Positions 28,291 to 41,915 are shown, numbered from the stretch's first letter. The stretch: DNA of 64,000 bases from Octopus vulgaris (GCA_951406725.2 OX597815.1:139190001-139254000); one strand, 5' to 3'. Notes: generated from the sequence alone by a model not told the origin. Program-made: numbers and translations.

Positions 28291-28574
28291 TCAAACAACA
28301 CCAGAGTATTGGCTTAATAGCTAGCGATCTATCATGCAGAGAAACAACAGTAGGAAAAAGCAGAGAGTACAAAAAAGTTTAGAAAAATTCAAAAGGTTCA
28401 AACGTCGTGGTATATTGGAGTGATTTCTCATCAAAGGAAGAGTCCAGTGTAATCCATGGATAGGAGAGGTGCAGCCGAAGTGTAGGAGTCCGAGTCTAGG
28501 AGATTATAAAGTCCCGGTAGAGAATCCAGGTAGAATAGTCCAAGAAAAGTTTGAAGTGTTGTGAGATGGAGATA

Positions 28575-28608
<34 letters not shown>

Positions 28609-28708
28609 TTTGATACTTTGATACTTTGATAGGTTTCGGCCATTATTGGCCCAGGCCATGTCTAACTTAATAGCACCACCTGGTGCTATATATAGTTATA
28701 TATATATA

Positions 28709-28895
28709 GTTAATCCAAACAAGAAAACACAGAAAAAAAGAGGAAAAAACACAGCAACGCGAGGACGTGGAACAATTAAAGTATTATTGACGCTCAGGAA
28801 AGAAGGGAAGGAGGGTTTAACGTTTCGAGCGGAGCTTTTCGTCGGAAACAAGGAGAAGGAAAGATCCCAAGAAGGGAAGACAGAGGAAAAAATAT
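28709..28895 (-). mobile_element. Short (TA)n-associated element family B with hammerhead-like motif (28815-28849)
   Basis: Minus strand gttt-CCGACGAA-aagc.tcc.gctc-GAA-ACGT-T-aaac; homologous to 45949-46128. Confidence 0.7.
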
Positions 28896-28919
28896 TTTTG
28901 CTGGTGGTGCTCAAGAGAT

Positions 28920-28963
<44 letters not shown>

Positions 28964-28994
28964 GTATATAAATACCAAAATTACAAAAATTATT

Positions 28995-29177
28995 TGAAAT
29001 ACTAAAGAATAACTTTTTTCAATAAAATCATCATTCACTTCAACCACGACCTCCAGACGACTTCGGAATCTCCTCCAACTCTTCTGTACGGTGTTCTTGA
29101 TTAAGTTGTTGAATGCTGCCATAACCCTTGCTTTCATTTTATCTTTGGTATTACAAGGAGTTTTGTTTGTCTCTCAC
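28995..29177 (-). mobile_element. maT/DD37D-like Tc1-mariner transposase C-terminal fragment
   Basis: KARVMAAFNNLIKNTVQKSWRRFRSRLEVVVEVNDDFIE; likely same group as 62812-63580. Confidence 0.65.
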
Positions 29178-29832
29178 GAAAAAAGTCAAGGTAGAAAATG
29201 CTAAAATGATTTTATAAAAAAACATTTCAGTACCGGTTTCAGTCATTGAGACTTTTTCAACTATACATATGGAAAACAATTAAATTTTGGAAAAATCAAA
29301 AGAAAAGTTTTTTAAAAGAATATTGGCATAGTATTCAAATACAAGGGGCATTTTCCTTTTTTCTGCATGTCTCTCTTGTTTACTCTTGTGGGTTCGAAGT
29401 TGTTGTGAATTATTGGCAGGAAAGAAGAAGAAGAAGAAGAAGAAGAAGAAGAAGAAGAAGAAGAAGAAGAAGAAGAAGAAGAAGAAGGAAGAGGAGGAGG
29501 AGGACAAGAAGAAGAAGAATGCGGGAGTGCCATCCTACTACTGTCATGACACTCTTGCATTCTTCTTCTCTTCTTCCTTTCCTCCTCCTCCTCCTCCTCC
29601 TTCTCTGCCAAGAATTCACAACGACCTCGAACTACAAGATAAACAAGAAAGACAGAGACAGGCAGCAACAAGGAAAATGCCCCTTGTATTTGAATACTAT
29701 GCAAATATTCTTTGAAAACACTTTTCTTTTAATTTTTCCATACTTACAGTTGAAAAAGCCTCAATGACTGAAACTGGTACTGAACTTTTTTTTACTAAAA
29801 TTATTTCAGCATTTTCTACCTTGACTTTTTTC
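29178..29832. repeat. Diverged inverted pair of a short element (family E), each arm with a U3-A8 hammerhead variant; (GAA)n/(CCT)n centre
   Basis: Arms 29178-29420 and 29603-29832 are reverse-complement homologues; motifs at 29228-29263 (-) and 29747-29782 (+). Confidence 0.8.
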
Positions 29833-29918
29833 CATATATATCAACTCGTGTGTTCCTTTTCAACCGTCTACACACATATATATATTTGTGTGTGTGTGTG
29901 TGGATGTATGTGTGTGTA

Positions 29919-29949
<31 letters not shown>

Positions 29950-30501
29950 GCTAGGAACCTTAATCCTAAAATCCTAATCTTCCCTTTCTAGCAATGTTCA
30001 GAGAATACCTCAGTACAACAAAGAATGAATAGAGAGGCAACGTTCATCAATAAATATCTTCCACAACTCAGTATGAACACATAACTTAATACTGAACACT
30101 ACTAACCTTTCAATTAATACCACTCACACATTCCATACGCCATTTACATTACAGATCTATATCTACCCTAATTGCACCAAATCCAGAGCTACTTATCTCC
30201 CTTACACATAATCTTTTGACTTAGGGTCTAGTAGACCCGACACCGTTCGGTAATCGGTGTGTATTCAAAGTAGTGATCAGTAATTTTACGAATCCGGTAT
30301 GCTTTTGAATCTCTTTAGCTATTCAGTATAATGACTTTTATTACTTTTATTCCTACCTCAGTTCATCTAATTGTATATATCTATCGTCACTTTTCATAAA
30401 AAGCCTTTACTTTTTTGATTTCCAATGTGCATTTTCGCTTATTTTTCTTCATTTTCACGTGTAGTTTCTATTTTCTATTTGCTTTTTATAACATATTTCA
30501 A

Positions 30502-30502
<1 letters not shown>
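29950..30502 (+). mobile_element. Penelope-like element 3' end (GIY-YIG C-terminus plus 3'UTR/pseudo-LTR)
   Basis: NPKILIFPF*QCSENTSVQQRMNREATFINKYLPQLSMNT* aligns with IYIIFPFYKLHSPSEIERKIREKNFIDKFEPKLNKQ of the 636-aa ORF; decayed hammerhead at 30263-30311; ends in (TA)n. Confidence 0.75.
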
Positions 30503-30546
<44 letters not shown>

Positions 30547-31619
30547 GAGAGAGAGAGAGAGAGAGGGGGGGACTTTTGAATTAGCATGTGTATATATCTA
30601 TATCTATCTATCTATTATATATGCATATATACGCATGATGATTCGGAAGACCCTTTTAGCATGCAAATTACGCTTAAAATTTTGCTTTATAATGTGTGTG
30701 CGTGCGTTTCTCTGGATTCATATATGCATACCTGCTTACATACAACCAAAATCATTGGTGGGGAATGCTTCTGTATTTGTGAGATGGATGCCAGGCATAT
30801 AATTGTATTGAATAATTTCTATTTATTGTAGTTATACATAAATAGTAGTTATACATAAATGTTAAAGCTGTGTTGCGATGTTAAAAATTGTATATGTGGA
30901 AACTGCCTCGTATGCAGTTTCAAGAGCAACTGAGGAAGAAAAAGTTAATGCAGTCTCTTACTCACAGTTATAAAAGTTAACATTTAGTACTCTTTGACAT
31001 ATATTTAAAAAAAACTGATTTTGCTATTATTGATTTTTCAGCAAAATATCTTGACATTTAATAGTAGAAACACTTGATATATAGAGTAACATGTCTTTTG
31101 AATAACCTTCAATAGAAGGAAAAATGGAGAGATTGAAATAAATCATTTATACTTGATGATCAGATATTTTCAACTGAATCGCTCAATTGAACTCCTGTCA
31201 ACTGTTCTATAGGTGGGAGGGCAACATAAACTGTAATACTTCACAATGCTTCAATTAAGCACATTCTGGCGTGTTTCATAAATCCTTGGAAGTTATATTT
31301 AATACTGTAGGGTCGGTGTTTCATAGTTCAAAATTCTGTAATGGTAGACTTATCTTTCTTCATCAATAAATATAATTATAATTATCTAAAGAAATACTAT
31401 GTGAATTACTCTGAATAAATTTACCTTGTATGAATCCTATTCCCCTATCACCCAACGATTTATTACTTATTTTTAAGCTCAGTTGTGTTAACATTCATAA
31501 AGCTAGGCATTCATCATGCTCGAATGCGCGCGCGCGCGACATACATATTTTTAAACACACACTCACGCACACACAGCCATCTATATAAATATAAAATTAA
31601 TTCTCAAGACATTGAGGGA

Positions 31620-33100
31620 TGCATTACAGAATCGTCATCCTAGTTAACTACTTCATACTAACTTAGACCTCTGTCAACAGTTCCCATCTGATTAGTGAGA
31701 TGAGAGCTAGAATCTTCACTATCATTCGCCTGGATTGTGCAGGCCGAAAAAAAGGAGTTGTGATTTTCTTCCATGATCCATGCAAACAGCATATATTTCC
31801 CTGGCAAAAGTAAATCGGTGACTATGCATAACAAGGTTAATTAAATAGTTATAATTGAGCTTTACAGGCCAGCTGAATCAGCTCTAATCTGCTTTTAAGT
31901 TTGCTCCAACAAAATTAAGTATATCATCCGGGAATACAACTCTGGAAACATCCTAATAGTAAGATAAATCAGCCTACCCTTTGTGGATTGGCCTACAAAA
32001 ATATAAATGAGAGGAATATACATCTCAAGCATGCACAATGAATCAATAGGGGCACTATTCAACTTTGTAAACAAATGTTTGACTTAACAAGTGCTACAGC
32101 CAACGAGACGCAAGCAAGAAGTTTTTCTACCTCATATTAAGCAGTCACGTTAATACTATCCATAATATCGTAGTTTGTCACATTCTCTTCCTTTGATATG
32201 GAACCAATATTGGCAGATATTTGCGGATTCAATTCCCAGCATTTGCTCAAACCGCAATCTGTTACGACTTAAGGACAAAAATAAAGAAGTCTCTCAAGAG
32301 CGAAAAAAGTCTTTGAGAAAATATTGAAAAGATTTCATAGAAAAATTATCAATCAGCTGAAATACTTCCAGCAGTGATTCCCTACTTGATAGCAATAAAA
32401 ACCTAAGAAAAAAGTACAATACATCGTTTCCAGAGCAGCTTGAGGACTATTAATAATAATAATCAAAGAGCTGTTGATGAACTCAGAGCTACTCAGAAAA
32501 TTAAACGCATGACTAGTGTCTACATATTTACCAAAACACATACAGTTGCTCTTTTATCTATTAGTCCGCCAGTTATCACGTCATGATGGAAATGCTACAA
32601 TATTAAACTATTGTGGTATAATCGTGAATACATCTCTAAAATGCTATTGTAAGTTAAGCCTATCACAGAATTATACGAGCCATCAGTTGCTTTGTGAACT
32701 CAACAATGATGTGCAGGATATTAATGACACAATCATTTCATATATGGCAGAAATCAGTTGACGATGTAGTTTACGTTAACAAAACTGTCAGCTATCCCCA
32801 AAGTTAACTGGTACCCTTCGCATAACTTTGTCTGTCATCACAATCAACCGATGGAATTAGGTGCAGTCATAACATATTGCCTCGAAAGTTGGATGCACCA
32901 AATGTTAGGTGACGGTGCATGTCTATTTGTCGAATCTATTGTCTTCCATGTGATCAAGGCCATCATTTAATTTCCAGTGACACTGTCTCTTTCTATGACC
33001 TTTACCAAATCTCAATAAGAGATCTTCTGTGTTGCTGGGATTAAACTAGCAAATGCAAGTTTCTCTCATGGTCATCACTACACTCAGATGTTCATCAAGC
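31620..33100 (+). mobile_element. Heavily decayed CR1/L2-like LINE (APE endonuclease motifs; right boundary uncertain)
   Basis: Ordered motifs FTIIRLDCAGRKKGVVIFFH, IVIIELYRP, NILIV..SLPFVDW and QVLQPTR match the APE domain layout. Confidence 0.5.
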
Positions 33101-33441
33101 AAATGTTCACCCAAGCAGAACACCAAAACCACAGAATCAAGAAATGTTCGCTATCCCAGACCTCTTGCTGAATAAAGCATTTTCCCGTTGAAATGGTCGT
33201 TGTTTATGTTTTGCATCTTATTGGTGAATTACACGAAAATATTGAGATATTATTTTCATAAGTAACTTACTTAAAATATTCAACTATGTCACAATGCTTT
33301 GCACATCATAGATGGCTAGACACAATTCAAATTTAGTTATGTATCTGCATAAAATACATGCAAATAGACGGGCATTAAAAGGCAACTGCGTAAAACATGG
33401 TGTAAGTTAAAAAATTTAATTGAACAAAATCGTTTCTGCGA

Positions 33442-33480
<39 letters not shown>

Positions 33481-33483
<3 letters not shown>

Positions 33484-33714
33484 GGAGTAAACACATAAAT
33501 GTGGAACAAGGTGGAAAAAAGAGTACTCAAATACCAGTGGTAGAGTAATATACTTTATTTAAAGCAGCAGAAAATTCAACAAAATCTGTTACTCTGAGTT
33601 TCCCGTTGCCGTTCATCGGACAGTTTTTGCTAGCAAAAACTGTCCGATGAACGGCAACGGAAACTAAGAGTAACAGATTTTGTTGAATTTTCTGCTGCTT
33701 TAAATAAAGTATAT
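33481..33714. mobile_element. Short (TA)n-flanked element family C folded back into a 167-bp palindrome, hammerhead motif on each strand
   Basis: 33548-33714 palindromic about GCTAGC; ctgt-CCGATGA-a.cg.gcaa.cg.g-GAA-ACT.cag.AGT-A-acag at 33586-33623 (-), with a near copy at 33640-33676 (+); left part homologous to 62703-62810. Confidence 0.8.
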
Positions 33715-33997
33715 ATAGATACGCATATGTGTCCAGGTGCACATACACATATGTATTATAACATAAACTAGGTCTGATCAATAAGTATCCATGTTATAGC
33801 AAGCTGGTGCTTCGTGTACCCTGTAATATAATTAAAATTTTAATGTATAGCTGTTTAATCCTAATATCGCTTGATGCCACTAATGTTATTGTTATAGTTT
33901 ATTATCAATTATTTAGATTTGCCGCTGATAATATTAATAAAAATAGCATCTTTACGAGTGTTCATTTAGGCTAGCAAGATTTCCACCTGAAAATGTA

Positions 33998-35198
33998 TTA
34001 GGTTGGCAACTAAGTTCGCGCCGTTTTTTAAAAATTTATATGTTTTAAAGGGTTTAATAAAAAATAACAACTAATTAATCAATAATGTACTCGCCCTTGT
34101 TTACAACTTCTTCGCTACGTTTAGCAATATTTTCAATACCTCGTTAGTAGAAATCACTCGATTTCGACTCGTAAAATTAATCCGACCAAGCTCTCAATTT
34201 TGCATCAGTATTGAACGAAATCCCGCACATAGTATTTGAAAGAGATCGAAGGAGGTGGAAATCCGTTGGTGCCAAATCAGTAGAGAATGGCGGGTGTGGC
34301 AGCACTTCCTAGCCATGCGCTTGAATAGCTTCCTTGGTCATATTGGCGATATGAGGGCGGGCGTTGTCGTACATCTGAAGAACTCCATGCTGTGTTGAGT
34401 CGTTCTATCTGTTGGTTCCGTTCAAACAGTTCGTAATGGATAATCCCTTCCCAGTCCTACCATACGAACAACATCGTTTTACGCGGATGAAGATCTTGTT
34501 TCACTTGCGGTGTCACTTGTTTACCGAGGCTAAGCCATTCGTTACGCTGCTTCGTATTGATATACAAGCACCACTTTTGATCGCCAGTAACGATTCGGAA
34601 AAGGAATCGTTGCTTGTGTCCATGAGATGACCGGTGACGAGCAAGCAAACCAGCGGAGATTGTAGCTCGTTGACTTTTGTTGTTGTCACTTAAAGCATGC
34701 GGAATCCATGCTCCATACTTCTGACCCTTTCCCATCGAGTGAAGATGCTTCTCTAAAGCAGTGTGGGACCATTCCATTTTGCCTGCCAGTTCCCTTGTCT
34801 TTTGACGAGAATTTTCTTGCAAATGTTGGTTTAATCGCTCTTCATCGAACTCAACTGGACGGCCAGAATGAGGTGCATCTTTGAGGTCAAAATTTCCATT
34901 TTTGAACTTGACATACTAATCACGAGCGGTTCTTTCAGCTATGGCACCCTCTCCATACACAGCACAAATGTCGCGAGCAGCTTTTGCGGCCTTAGAACCT
35001 TGATTAAAAGCAAAACGAAGGTGTCGAAAATGCTCGTTTTTCTTAACGTGACATTCCATTTTAATGATCTGAAAATAAACAAAAATTAACTAAAATTAAA
35101 TAGAAAAAAAAACAAACAAAATAGATTCAAGAATTAAAAAACGCAATAAATTCCAAAATTAAAAAGAAAAAGCGGTGGGAACTTAGTTGCCAACCCTA
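33998..35198 (-). mobile_element. mariner (DD34D) transposon, both TIRs present, transposase inactivated
   Basis: TA-flanked TIRs ttaggttggcaactaagttc / gaacttagttgccaaccct; motifs WIPHAL, RIVTGDQKW, DNARPH and HPPFSTDLAPTDFHL; internal stops and deletion. Confidence 0.93.
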
Positions 35199-35228
35199 TA
35201 TAATATAAAATATGTGAAGAAAAGAAGG

Positions 35229-35285
<57 letters not shown>

Positions 35286-35286
<1 letters not shown>

Positions 35287-35697
35287 TCTCTTTTACTCTC
35301 TTTTACTCTCTTTTACTTGTTTCAGTCATTTGACTGCGGCCATGCTGGAGCACCATCTTTAAGCGAGCAACTCGACCCGGGACTTATTCTTTGTAAGCCC
35401 AGTACTTATTCTATCGGTATCTTTTGCCGAACCGCTAAGTGACGGGGACATAAACACACCAGCATCGGTTGTCAAGCAATATTAGGGGGACAAACTCAGA
35501 TACACAAATACATACGCATATATATATATATATACATATATACGACGGGCTTCTTTCAGTTTCCGTCTACCAAATCCACTCGCAAGGCTTTGGTCGGCCC
35601 GAGGCTATAGTAGAAGATACTTACCCAAGGTGCCACGCAGTGGGACTGAACCCGGAACCATGTGGTTGGTAAGAAAGCTACTTATCACACAGCCACT

Positions 35698-35700
<3 letters not shown>
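35286..35700 (-). mobile_element. tRNA-derived CORE-type SINE family 1, best-preserved copy
   Basis: Minus strand GGAGTGGCTGTGTGATAAG...GGGTTCAGTCCCACTGCGTGGCACCTTGGGTAAG; short tandem tail repeats (ctcttttact on plus). Confidence 0.9.
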
Positions 35701-35738
<38 letters not shown>

Positions 35739-36159
35739 TATGTATATATATATATGTATGTATGTATATATATGTATATATATATATATATATATTGCAC
35801 TGAAATTGTTTTGAAATTAACGCGGGATTATTCAAGTCGTAATGGATTACAACGAGGTTATATAGATATTTCATTTTGGGTACAGCAAGACATGCTGAAG
35901 ATAATTGAGGTGTTACCCAGAATTCGAAATCATAATCCAGGTATATCTGTTACCTTATTCTACGGCTTTTTAGCTGAGATAATATGCTAAATTCCACTCA
36001 TTTTGGCCAGTGCTGCTGGAATATTGTCTAGATCATATAAATCATCTAGCGCTCACTGTATTGTCGGAATTAATGACGTTTGAGTTTCTCAAGACGATCC
36101 CAAAAATCAAGACATTTCATGCCGTCATATTTACACTCACACACACGCGTGCACAGGCA

Positions 36160-36208
<49 letters not shown>

Positions 36209-36226
36209 CTATACATATACAGACAC

Positions 36227-36269
<43 letters not shown>

Positions 36270-36271
<2 letters not shown>

Positions 36272-36382
36272 AATTTTTTGTGTAATAAGATAAAAACCAA
36301 GGCTGTGTAGATATCAGAGCATTTTTAGATAGAAGGTCTTACAGCTGTTTCTAGGATATTTATTAATTATATCCCTTCATCC
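36270..36382 (-). mobile_element. Short element family D fragment with truncated hammerhead
   Basis: Minus strand GATGA-agggatat...atatccta-GAA-ACAGCTGT-A-agac; homologous to 46297-46400. Confidence 0.6.
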
Positions 36383-36529
36383 CTTTATTCGCAATATTAC
36401 CGCAATATTACCGAATCTGGAACTTAACTATGGTCTGTCTATAGCACTTATTCAGCATTACCTGACACTTTTGGGTCTCAATGACACCATTATCTTTTAT
36501 ATATATATATACATACATGCATATATATA

Positions 36530-36652
36530 GTGAGAGAGAGAGAGAGCAAGAGAAAAAGAGAGAGCAAGAGAAAAAGAGAGAGCAAGAAAAAGTGAGAGCG
36601 AGCAAGAGAGTGAGAGCGAGCAAGAGAGCAAATGGAAGAGAGAGAGAGCAAG

Positions 36653-36719
<67 letters not shown>

Positions 36720-36724
36720 AAAAG
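36530..36724. repeat. (GA)n / GAGCAAGA / (GAAA)n compound microsatellite
   Basis: Direct inspection. Confidence 0.95.
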
Positions 36725-37806
36725 ACATGTAATTGGATAGAAAGTGGAGTGAAATTTTTCTATGTTGTCAAGAACAAAGAAACAACAACAAAATTTCGGT
36801 CGGAATTTTAAGAAATTTCATGTTTGGTAATACAAAGAAAAATACTTTGGCGTTACATAATACTAAATATAGAGCTCGAATGTTTGTGATAGTCTGTATT
36901 TATTGGTGACCGATTGATAGGTATGTAAAATGCCTAAGATTGTAATCGTAAATCACAACACATAATATGTGTTCTGAGTATTCAGAGGCCACAACAAATG
37001 AAAATTAACTTACCTTATAGCTAAGATTGTAAATGAAGGTGATACTGGGTATATCGTAACTGTTAAAATTGAAAGTAAATGAAATTTATATAAGGAGTAT
37101 GAAAGAACAATTGTAACTAATGCATAATAAAACAATATTTTAAATGCAATTTCTATAATTTCTTTAGATTCATAGATAAATTAAGAATGCTTGAAGGATT
37201 TTATGTGGTAATACTCTGCAAAATTTTAAATTCTGTATCTATGTTTTGAATTGATTTATATTAGAAAAAAGATTACGATGAATTTCGTGTTAGCCTAAAG
37301 GAGTAGTGGTTTGTGTTAAAATTGATGATAAAGTCCAATTTAAAATTCCGAAGACTGACAGGTCAAAGAAAGATAATATTTCTAACATTTCCTTCGGTAA
37401 AATCTTTAAATGAAGTAGTAAACGATCCCAAATGACTGGAAAGTTAGAATAAGACAGGTATATTCAAAACGATGCAATTTAGAAAAGGCCTAAGTAAATC
37501 CGTAAAGTAAGAACAGAATATTATTTAAGCCGTTAGTTGTGGTAGATCAAAGACTGTATAACTTTAAACTGAAATATGGCACGTTTATGTTTACGAAATA
37601 ATTCATTATCTAAAGATATAATACATAAATATATAATACATAAGATTTCATTGTTGATTTCAATATAAATTCTTAGTTGATAAACCAAAATAAATGATCA
37701 TCTGATTAGTGTGCGTGTGGCAAAAAGTACATGTCTAAGAGAAACGAGATTAGCGTAAGATGTAATTATGTGCGATGCTGTTGTATAATAATGTTAATGT
37801 CTTTAC

Positions 37807-37920
37807 AGAAGAAGAAGAAGAAGAAGAAGAAGAAGAAGAAGAATGAGGAAGAAGAAGAAGAAGAAGAAGAAGAAGAAGAAGAAGAAGAAGAAGAAGAAGA
37901 AGAAGAAGAAGAAGAAGAAG
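37807..37920. repeat. (GAA)n microsatellite
   Basis: Direct inspection. Confidence 0.95.
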
Positions 37921-38413
37921 ACCAATGTATGCTATGTCTGTATTTGTGTGTGTGTGTGTCCCCCCACCATGCGTTTGAGAACCGAAGTTGGGGGCGTATA
38001 TATCCTGTAACTGTGAGTCTTTTCATCTAATGTGTATAGAAGAAGTACTTGATTGCAAAAAGTAAGTCTTGACCGGCTCAGTTTGACTAAAGTCGTAACG
38101 TAGCCGAAGTCAAGTTAGAAATCCAAGTATACAAGATAACAAAGTTATTCTGTTTTTCCTCGTGCAACCAAGGCCTGAAATTTGCGGGGAAGGGCTAGTT
38201 TCCCAGATCTACTATTGTCCCTGGATCATCGCTCAGCTGTTACCATTGTGTACCAAATCCTGATAGACTATACTTTGTCTTAAGAATGCAGGCTGAGTAG
38301 ACGTATTGACCAACATACGTCGTACACACGCACACACACATGAGAGCACACACACGTGCACACAGCGGATACACACACGCGCGCGTCGCATCAGCATGGG
38401 ATTCACACATCTT

Positions 38414-38963
38414 CTTTACTTGTTTCAGTCATTTGCCTGTGGCCACGCTGGAGCACCGCCTTTGGTGGGACAAAGACAGACCCCAAGAGGAGTTATTCTC
38501 TGGAAGCCTAGTGCGTAACTGGTACTAATTTATGCCGAACCGCAAAGTTACGGGGATGAAACACACCAGCATCGGTTACTCAAGCGAAATGCTGGAGGGA
38601 CACAGATTCAGACACGTAGCGGCGGAAAAATGCCTTATTTTCGCCCGGCGTGCTAACGTTTCTGCCAGCACTCACACACACACACATATATATATCTCAT
38701 ATATATAGACCACAATATCATATATCGATATATATATATATATATGACCCTATATATATATACATACCAACGCACGAGGCTTCTTTGGACTAGTTTACTT
38801 TAATCTACTCGTAAGGCTTTGAGTCGGCCTGAGGCTGTTTGATAAAATTGCACAGCGACTAAATTTCTAGTGGGACATTAAACAGTAATGCAGTTACTAT
38901 CAGTAGAAATATGTTGGTCATTGTTATATATGCCGTAAATAATTTTACCACATAGCCACTCCT
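38414..38963 (-). mobile_element. Degenerate SINE family 1 with a nested family 2 head (38614-38670)
   Basis: tttacttgtttcagtcattt..ggccacgctggagcaccgcc and catagccactcct ends; insert cgcccggcgtgctaacgtttctgccagc. Confidence 0.7.
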
Positions 38964-41200
38964 ACGTCTATTGGATGATGAATAAATGTTCACTCTCCTC
39001 GTTTATTTTCATATATATATCGACTCCGATATATATATATATATATATATCGATCCGCATATATATATATCGATGGATACAGTTGAGAAATAGATATAAC
39101 ACAGCGGGACTGCATCTTCTTATAGTCATGTTTTGGCGCCTACCTATTTATTTATTTATTTACACTTGGATTTTTGTTATTCCGTTATGTAAAACTGCAA
39201 AATCTTTCAGTTCAAATACAGAGGTAAAGCAATAGATAAATAACAAATAGTTGCGTATGCCTAACGACTCAGCACTTCGTCCCCTTAAGATTGGTAGACA
39301 TCCCTACTGAATACCGCTGCTGAAATTACATGTCTCCAGTTCTTGTCTGCTATCCATTAGATATGCTTGCCTACCGAAGCTCCAAATAACCTGACAGTCA
39401 TTGTGTTTCCTTCGATATTTTTTTAATTGCTGGTTGAGGGCCTGCATGTCCATACAAGAAAACTGCACAGGCTTGCATGGAATAGAAACAATAAAATGGT
39501 TAGCAGTGGTACCCAGGCAAAATACCTCGAAGAACTTTGTTTATCGACCCTGAAAGTACATAAACAGGTATTTATTATTGAGCAAAATTTCAGGGTGATT
39601 TTTAACTCAGAAGTGCAGATTTCTGAGCTGATGAAACGCTAACCATCATGCTTATCAAAAGTAATGGAGCCATACGATAATTTGGAAGCAGCCCTATTCT
39701 TACTGAAATTAATTATACAAGGCATTTCATACTTTATCCAGTATGTGGCATTATTCAAAATATAACTATATATTCCACCATTATATAGAGAGAACTAGAC
39801 AGAATGTCTGGACATGACAGGCAGACCATTGATAAACAGTTTGGAGAGACAAATCAATACAAAGCAGTATAAGTAGGCTAACATTTAGTTTGCAATGTCA
39901 AGGAGACAAGAAAAGGAAGCTCACTTCTCTAAATATGTTTCTGATAAATGACTGAATGACAACTATCCCTGCAGGTGTAACAGATATTCTGAATCCGTAT
40001 GTTTAACGTGACTCGATGGGGAATGTATCCGGATCGAATTGCCACTCAGAAAACATCAAATGAATATTCCACTTAAGGGTACGGCGAAAGTAATTTACAG
40101 AATAGTGTCCGATGAAACTGCCTGTTTGTGACTTCCATCTTCGTGACCTCCAGAATGATATAGTTCTCAGAGATATCAGTCCTCGCTTACTGAACGTGAT
40201 CGAGCAGGTATTAAAACTGAAACTTGAAGTTCATTAAAACACTTGGAAGTGGAGCAAAACGTGAAACACCACGTCTCTCATCTCAAAGATACTACCGTAC
40301 AGGAATCCAGACTCATGAGCTTACGACCGTCTTAAGCAATGAAATTTTAACACTGATATGCAAAATCTACCAATGCTCACTATGAATTGACAAGAATAGT
40401 TTTTGTGAACGATGGTGTTGAAAGCATATGAGGAAGATCACGTCTCTTTGCACACACACAGCAACACAAATGCACACACGTCCCTTCTGCACAAATGCAT
40501 GAAGTTTTGCACACAGAATACAGAGAACACAAACGTACGTAGTTCGTAAAAAATATGTATGTCATTGTTCAAACTGTGGAACATGCCCAACCTACTGGAA
40601 GAGCTCGGAATTCAAATCAGATCTAAGCCCCCTTCATTAAGACCAACTTCACTTGTCAACCTCAGCAATTTAATTTATGTTATGTAATTGTTCAGGTTGT
40701 GTATATATGGATGGATGGATGTCAGTAGTAATAATGACCAGAGGAACCACACTACATAGAGGAACAGATCCAGTTTCTAACCAAAGAATAGATCCAGAGC
40801 TACCTGTCTTGAAGAATTTCAATATCAACAACATAGGAAAAATTGTGCAGGGGTATCCAACCAAATGTCATGTATATATCCCCCATCTATGTATGTATGC
40901 ATGTATGTATGCTATGTATGTATGTATGGTTTACGATATGCCTTCATGCATATAGTTACATTTATTTATGCGCATATACATATACAGGGCACCTGTAAAT
41001 GTGTACAACCAACTTCTGGTCATCAGTATATATTTTTACAGTTCCAACCTTCGAATTAGCTATTCATCCATCTGGTTTGACATCTCACTGCTTCAAGCTT
41101 ATGAAATTTTAGGCAGTGTGTTACATATCCCGGGGCACTCCAAAAATGCAGTACAGGTATAAACCTCCTCTGTCCCATGTATGTATTATATACATACATT

Positions 41201-41246
<46 letters not shown>

Positions 41247-41376
41247 ATAAAAAGAATTCCAACCTTGTCTGATTTTCACGTTTTATTTACAATCTTATAA
41301 TGATATATTATAAGATAATATATTATAATTGAGTAAAATAAAATGAAATAGTAGAATGTTAAATATTCATTCTGAT

Positions 41377-41421
41377 TGAACTAGTACTTTCATGCATTGA
41401 ATTCTGCAATCTTCGGGTTCA
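41377..41421 (-). ncRNA. Minimal type I hammerhead ribozyme in the Penelope 3' pseudo-LTR (U4C core)
   Basis: UGAAC-CCGAAGA-u.UGCA.gaauucaa.UGCA.u-GAA-AGUACU-A-GUUCA; palindromic stem III as in PLE hammerheads. Confidence 0.8.
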
Positions 41422-41915
41422 TGTAGTAGTGTTGACAGTCATGCTTCACAATTTTTGACTGTAGCAAGATGAGTGATTCTGTGCTATAAATACAGCTGGG
41501 TAGGCTCCAGAGTGCTAGGTTTTGCAAACTGTATTCTGACCAATCAGTGTGTAGTATCACTCAATTACTTAAGCTGATTGGTTGGTTGAGCTGATTGGTT
41601 TAGGCATCACGCTTTGTTGGACAGGTCAAGAGTCCTGTATCTTGACCCTGGCCGAAGCAGCAATTGTTGGGTTATTTTTAGAAATGTTGTAAATATCCTT
41701 TGTCAGAGATTTTTATATTTTTATATTTCAATTGTCATCATCATCATTGTCAGCACCTTAATTATTGTTGCTAGTGGTGATGGTGGTGGCAATATAACTT
41801 TTAACCCTAAATAAGATAATTTTCCTGCTATCTTCGTCTTGATCACCTTTAGTATTGTTGTTGTTGTTAGTGGTCATGGTCGTAGCAGTGGAAGTAATAT
41901 CTCTAAGTATTATTA

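Noticed and set aside
28625-28665. GGCC hairpin plus GAAAC on the minus strand as a hammerhead
   Set aside because: No recognisable CUGANGA-like core or stem I
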